Assembly: GCA_036845295.1 (NCBI GenBank)
Contig: DAIUED010000001.1
Span: 1-53,456, forward strand
Direction: 5' to 3'
Origin: Bacteroidota bacterium
GTDB lineage: Bacteria; Bacteroidota; Bacteroidia; B-17B0; Aurantibacillaceae
DNA length: 53,456 nucleotides
The translations under genes and the position numbers were made by a program. Shown here piece after piece: positions 53,405 through 53,456 of this stretch (the stretch's first letter is position 1; the number at the start of each line of letters is the position of its first letter). The notes under the pieces are model-generated. The model was given only the letters and a program-made list of their open reading frames with translations, was not told where the DNA came from and searched no databases.

Positions 53405-53456
53405 GGGATAAAGGAGGATTCGAACCTCTTGTGCGCAGGCAAACTGCACGCATCCA
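53405..53456 (-). tRNA. tRNA-like 3' portion (T-arm and acceptor 3' strand), truncated by the window edge; identity undetermined
   Basis: The minus strand reads ...GTGCAGTTTGCCTGCGC ACA AGAGG-TTCGAAT-CCTCC TTTATCC C. This gives a canonical GGTTCGAATCC T-loop, a preceding 5-6-bp hairpin (anticodon arm with TTG, or a class-II variable arm), and no encoded CCA. One T-stem pair is an A/C mismatch. Confidence 0.35.

Noticed and set aside
53405-53456. The T-loop-containing fragment might be the 3' end of tmRNA (ssrA).
   Set aside because: The acceptor strand (TTTATCC) is incompatible with the conserved GGGGCUG.../...CCACCA tmRNA acceptor. About 170 nt separate it from the terminator, instead of it being the transcript's 3' end.
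1-53456. I searched by eye for CRISPR arrays, IS elements/transposases, integrases, prophage genes or a Ku gene.
   Set aside because: No regularly spaced direct repeats were seen. No DDE/tyrosine/serine recombinase-like ORFs appear in the six-frame track, and there is no Ku-like ORF. The window looks like stable chromosome with accessory operons rather than a mobile island.

Overview
This is a 53.5-kb chromosomal window that looks like Bacteroidota, probably a Chitinophagaceae or Sphingobacteriia-type genome. The evidence is two large secreted proteins with T9SS-type C-terminal sorting domains, TAnnTTTG-like -7 promoter boxes, DUF4271-HemD-rnpA synteny, and many lysine/alanine-rich protein tails. 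Coding density is high. I saw no rRNA, CRISPR array, transposase or integrase.

Gene content by position:
- 0-15 kb is mostly housekeeping: a 2H phosphoesterase, a PP2C phosphatase, a GAF-type fRMsr, an acyl-CoA ligase, MutY, YceI plus a beta-barrel protein, HemD-like, RnpA, an ECF sigma/anti-sigma pair, FolC and TonB-ExbD-ExbB.
- 15.8-18.9 kb holds a three-domain LigD with no Ku gene in the window.
- 19.2-21.4 kb holds an HTTM (gamma-carboxylase/SdpB-like) membrane protein. It is flanked by a Thr/Ser/Asn-rich repeat protein and an untracked 58-aa His-rich mini-lipoprotein.
- 22.8-36.9 kb is a roughly 14-kb efflux operon: HlyD adaptor, coiled-coil protein, ATPase, four tandem double-FtsX (MacB-type) permease paralogues, a second ATPase and TolC. 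It is divergent from a sigma-54 activator and a histidine kinase with almost no extracytoplasmic loop.
- 40.0-43.8 kb is a tightly coupled rtcB, Pol-beta nucleotidyltransferase x2, HEPN-like (RNKIAH) four-gene cassette.
- The remainder holds T9SS cargo proteins (an M43 metzincin and a BNR/sortilin-repeat protein), several orphan secreted proteins, and a truncated tRNA-like fragment at the right edge.

The best candidate for an undescribed system is the RtcB/NTase/NTase/HEPN cassette, which I read as an RNA cleavage plus RNA repair conflict module. The multi-permease efflux locus and the HTTM operon are the next most interesting. All family assignments come from motif recognition by eye. No database search was run.
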